Of a stretch of 47,214 bases of DNA, positions 46,338 to 47,214 are shown piece after piece. Numbering within the stretch: the first letter of the stretch is position 1; each line of letters opens with the position of its first letter. Origin of the DNA: Gammaproteobacteria bacterium (GTDB lineage Bacteria; Pseudomonadota; Gammaproteobacteria; Tethybacterales; Persebacteraceae); NCBI GenBank assembly GCA_020027345.1, contig JAHRAH010000154.1:1-47214 (forward strand). Direction: 5' to 3'. A program made the position numbers and the translations under genes. The notes below the pieces were generated by a model. The model saw nothing but the letters and a program-made list of their open reading frames with translations. It did not search any database and was not told the DNA's origin.

Positions 46338-47204
46338 TCATTCCCGCGGCTTTTCCAAGGACGCGGCGAGCAGGGAGCCGGGCAGAAGAAAAGAAAGCGC
46401 CCAGGAGGCCGGCATCAGCAATTTAAAAACGCCGTCGCGCATTCGCCCGGTCAAAACAATGCTCAAACTTCCGGCAAGCAGCGGGGAAAAACGAACCCGC
46501 CGGCACCGCCGCAGCCGCAGTCCGCAGTTTTCCGCAAGACGAAGGTAATGCGCTTTTTCGGGAAAGAAAATATGGCGCGGCGCGTCCAAGCCGCTCCATT
46601 TTTTGCCGAACACTTTCGCTTCCGGCGAGCTCAGCACCGGAGTAACCGCGTAAATTTCCCCGCCGGGGCGCAGCAGCGCCGCAAGTTCGCGCAGCGTTTC
46701 CGCCGGATTGTTCAGATGCTCAAAACTTTTATGCATCGCGGCGAAATCAAAACCGCCGCAGGCGCGCGCTTCGCCGGCGAGCGCGCGCATGTCCGAATGC
46801 ACCGCCGCGCCGGTTTTTTTCGCCACTTGTTCGGCGAGCGCGGCGGAGGGTTCAAAGCCGCAGCATCGCGCGCCCGCCGAGTTCATCAGCGAAAGAAAGT
46901 TTCCGTCGCCGCAGCCGAAATCCACCCCGCAGGACGCGGGCGCCGCCGGGCGGTAATACACATCGGCGTTTACCGCCCGCCGTATGCGCTCGTACAATTC
47001 GGAAACTTCCGAATGCATCGGATAGCCCTCGTAAAAAACGGAAACATCATCCGGCACCGGATGCTGCTGCACAAGCCCGCATTCCGCGCAGCGCATGTAA
47101 TCCACGGCGCCGGGCGCGCCGCACCACAAATCCCGGCAGCCGCGCAAATACACGGCGCAGTCCCCGCCGCCGCAAACAAGGCAGGAAAAATCGGTTTTTG
47201 TCAT
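46338..47204 (-). CDS. class I SAM-dependent methyltransferase with N-terminal Cys-rich (zinc-ribbon-like) segment
   Basis: CLVCGGGDC...CAECGLV, and motif I VDFGCGDGNF. The stop codon lies inside a half family A repeat. Confidence 0.75.
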   Translation of the reverse strand: MTKTDFSCLVCGGGDCAVYLRGCRDLWCGAPGAVDYMRCAECGLVQQHPVPDDVSVFYEGYPMHSEVSELYERIRRAVNADVYYRPAAPASCGVDFGCGDGNFLSLMNSAGARCCGFEPSAALAEQVAKKTGAAVHSDMRALAGEARACGGFDFAAMHKSFEHLNNPAETLRELAALLRPGGEIYAVTPVLSSPEAKVFGKKWSGLDAPRHIFFPEKAHYLRLAENCGLRLRRCRRVRFSPLLAGSLSIVLTGRMRDGVFKLLMPASWALSFLLPGSLLAASLEKPRE

Positions 47205-47214
47205 CGCGCCGCGC

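Overview
High-G+C proteobacterial chromosome segment. My spot counts of single 60-nt lines give about 57-73% G+C in housekeeping genes. Gene content and synteny suggest a beta/gamma-proteobacterium: a divergent rluC/rne pair, lpoA-yraN opposite rsmI, coq7, argJ, a Nudix-ThiE fusion and an aapJQMP-type amino-acid ABC transporter. ATTCCC-N8-GGGAAT hairpin repeats recall Neisseria dRS3, but that is inference only. The housekeeping backbone is interrupted by six accessory modules. (1) A beta-helix/TM protein plus a ParE/RelE-type TA pair (3.0-5.3 kb). (2) A small type II R-M pair followed by a decayed second methyltransferase 3' end (11.5-13.15 kb). (3) A 2OG-Fe(II) oxygenase plus NYN nuclease wedged between rluC and rne (14.2-16.3 kb). 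(4) An MmeI-family single-chain R-M enzyme (22.8-25.6 kb). (5) A low-G+C island bounded by two ~121-bp MITE-like copies, encoding an ankyrin-repeat membrane protein, a small secreted protein and a His-rich 393-aa protein (28.3-32.0 kb). (6) An Mre11/SbcD-like nuclease plus a Rad50/YhaN-like ATPase cut by one in-frame TAA, divergent from a 722-aa orphan protein (38.7-45.8 kb). The window also carries at least five families of hairpin/MITE-like repeats. It has unusually many G/C homopolymers inside genes, one of which puts the argJ start out of frame. Seven genes have a -10 box only 6-8 nt before their ATG, suggesting leaderless mRNAs. I saw no CRISPR, rRNA, integrase or transposase. My best candidates for something undescribed are module 6, then modules 5 and 3. 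None of these can be proven from sequence alone, and all domain calls are motif recognition by eye, not database searches.
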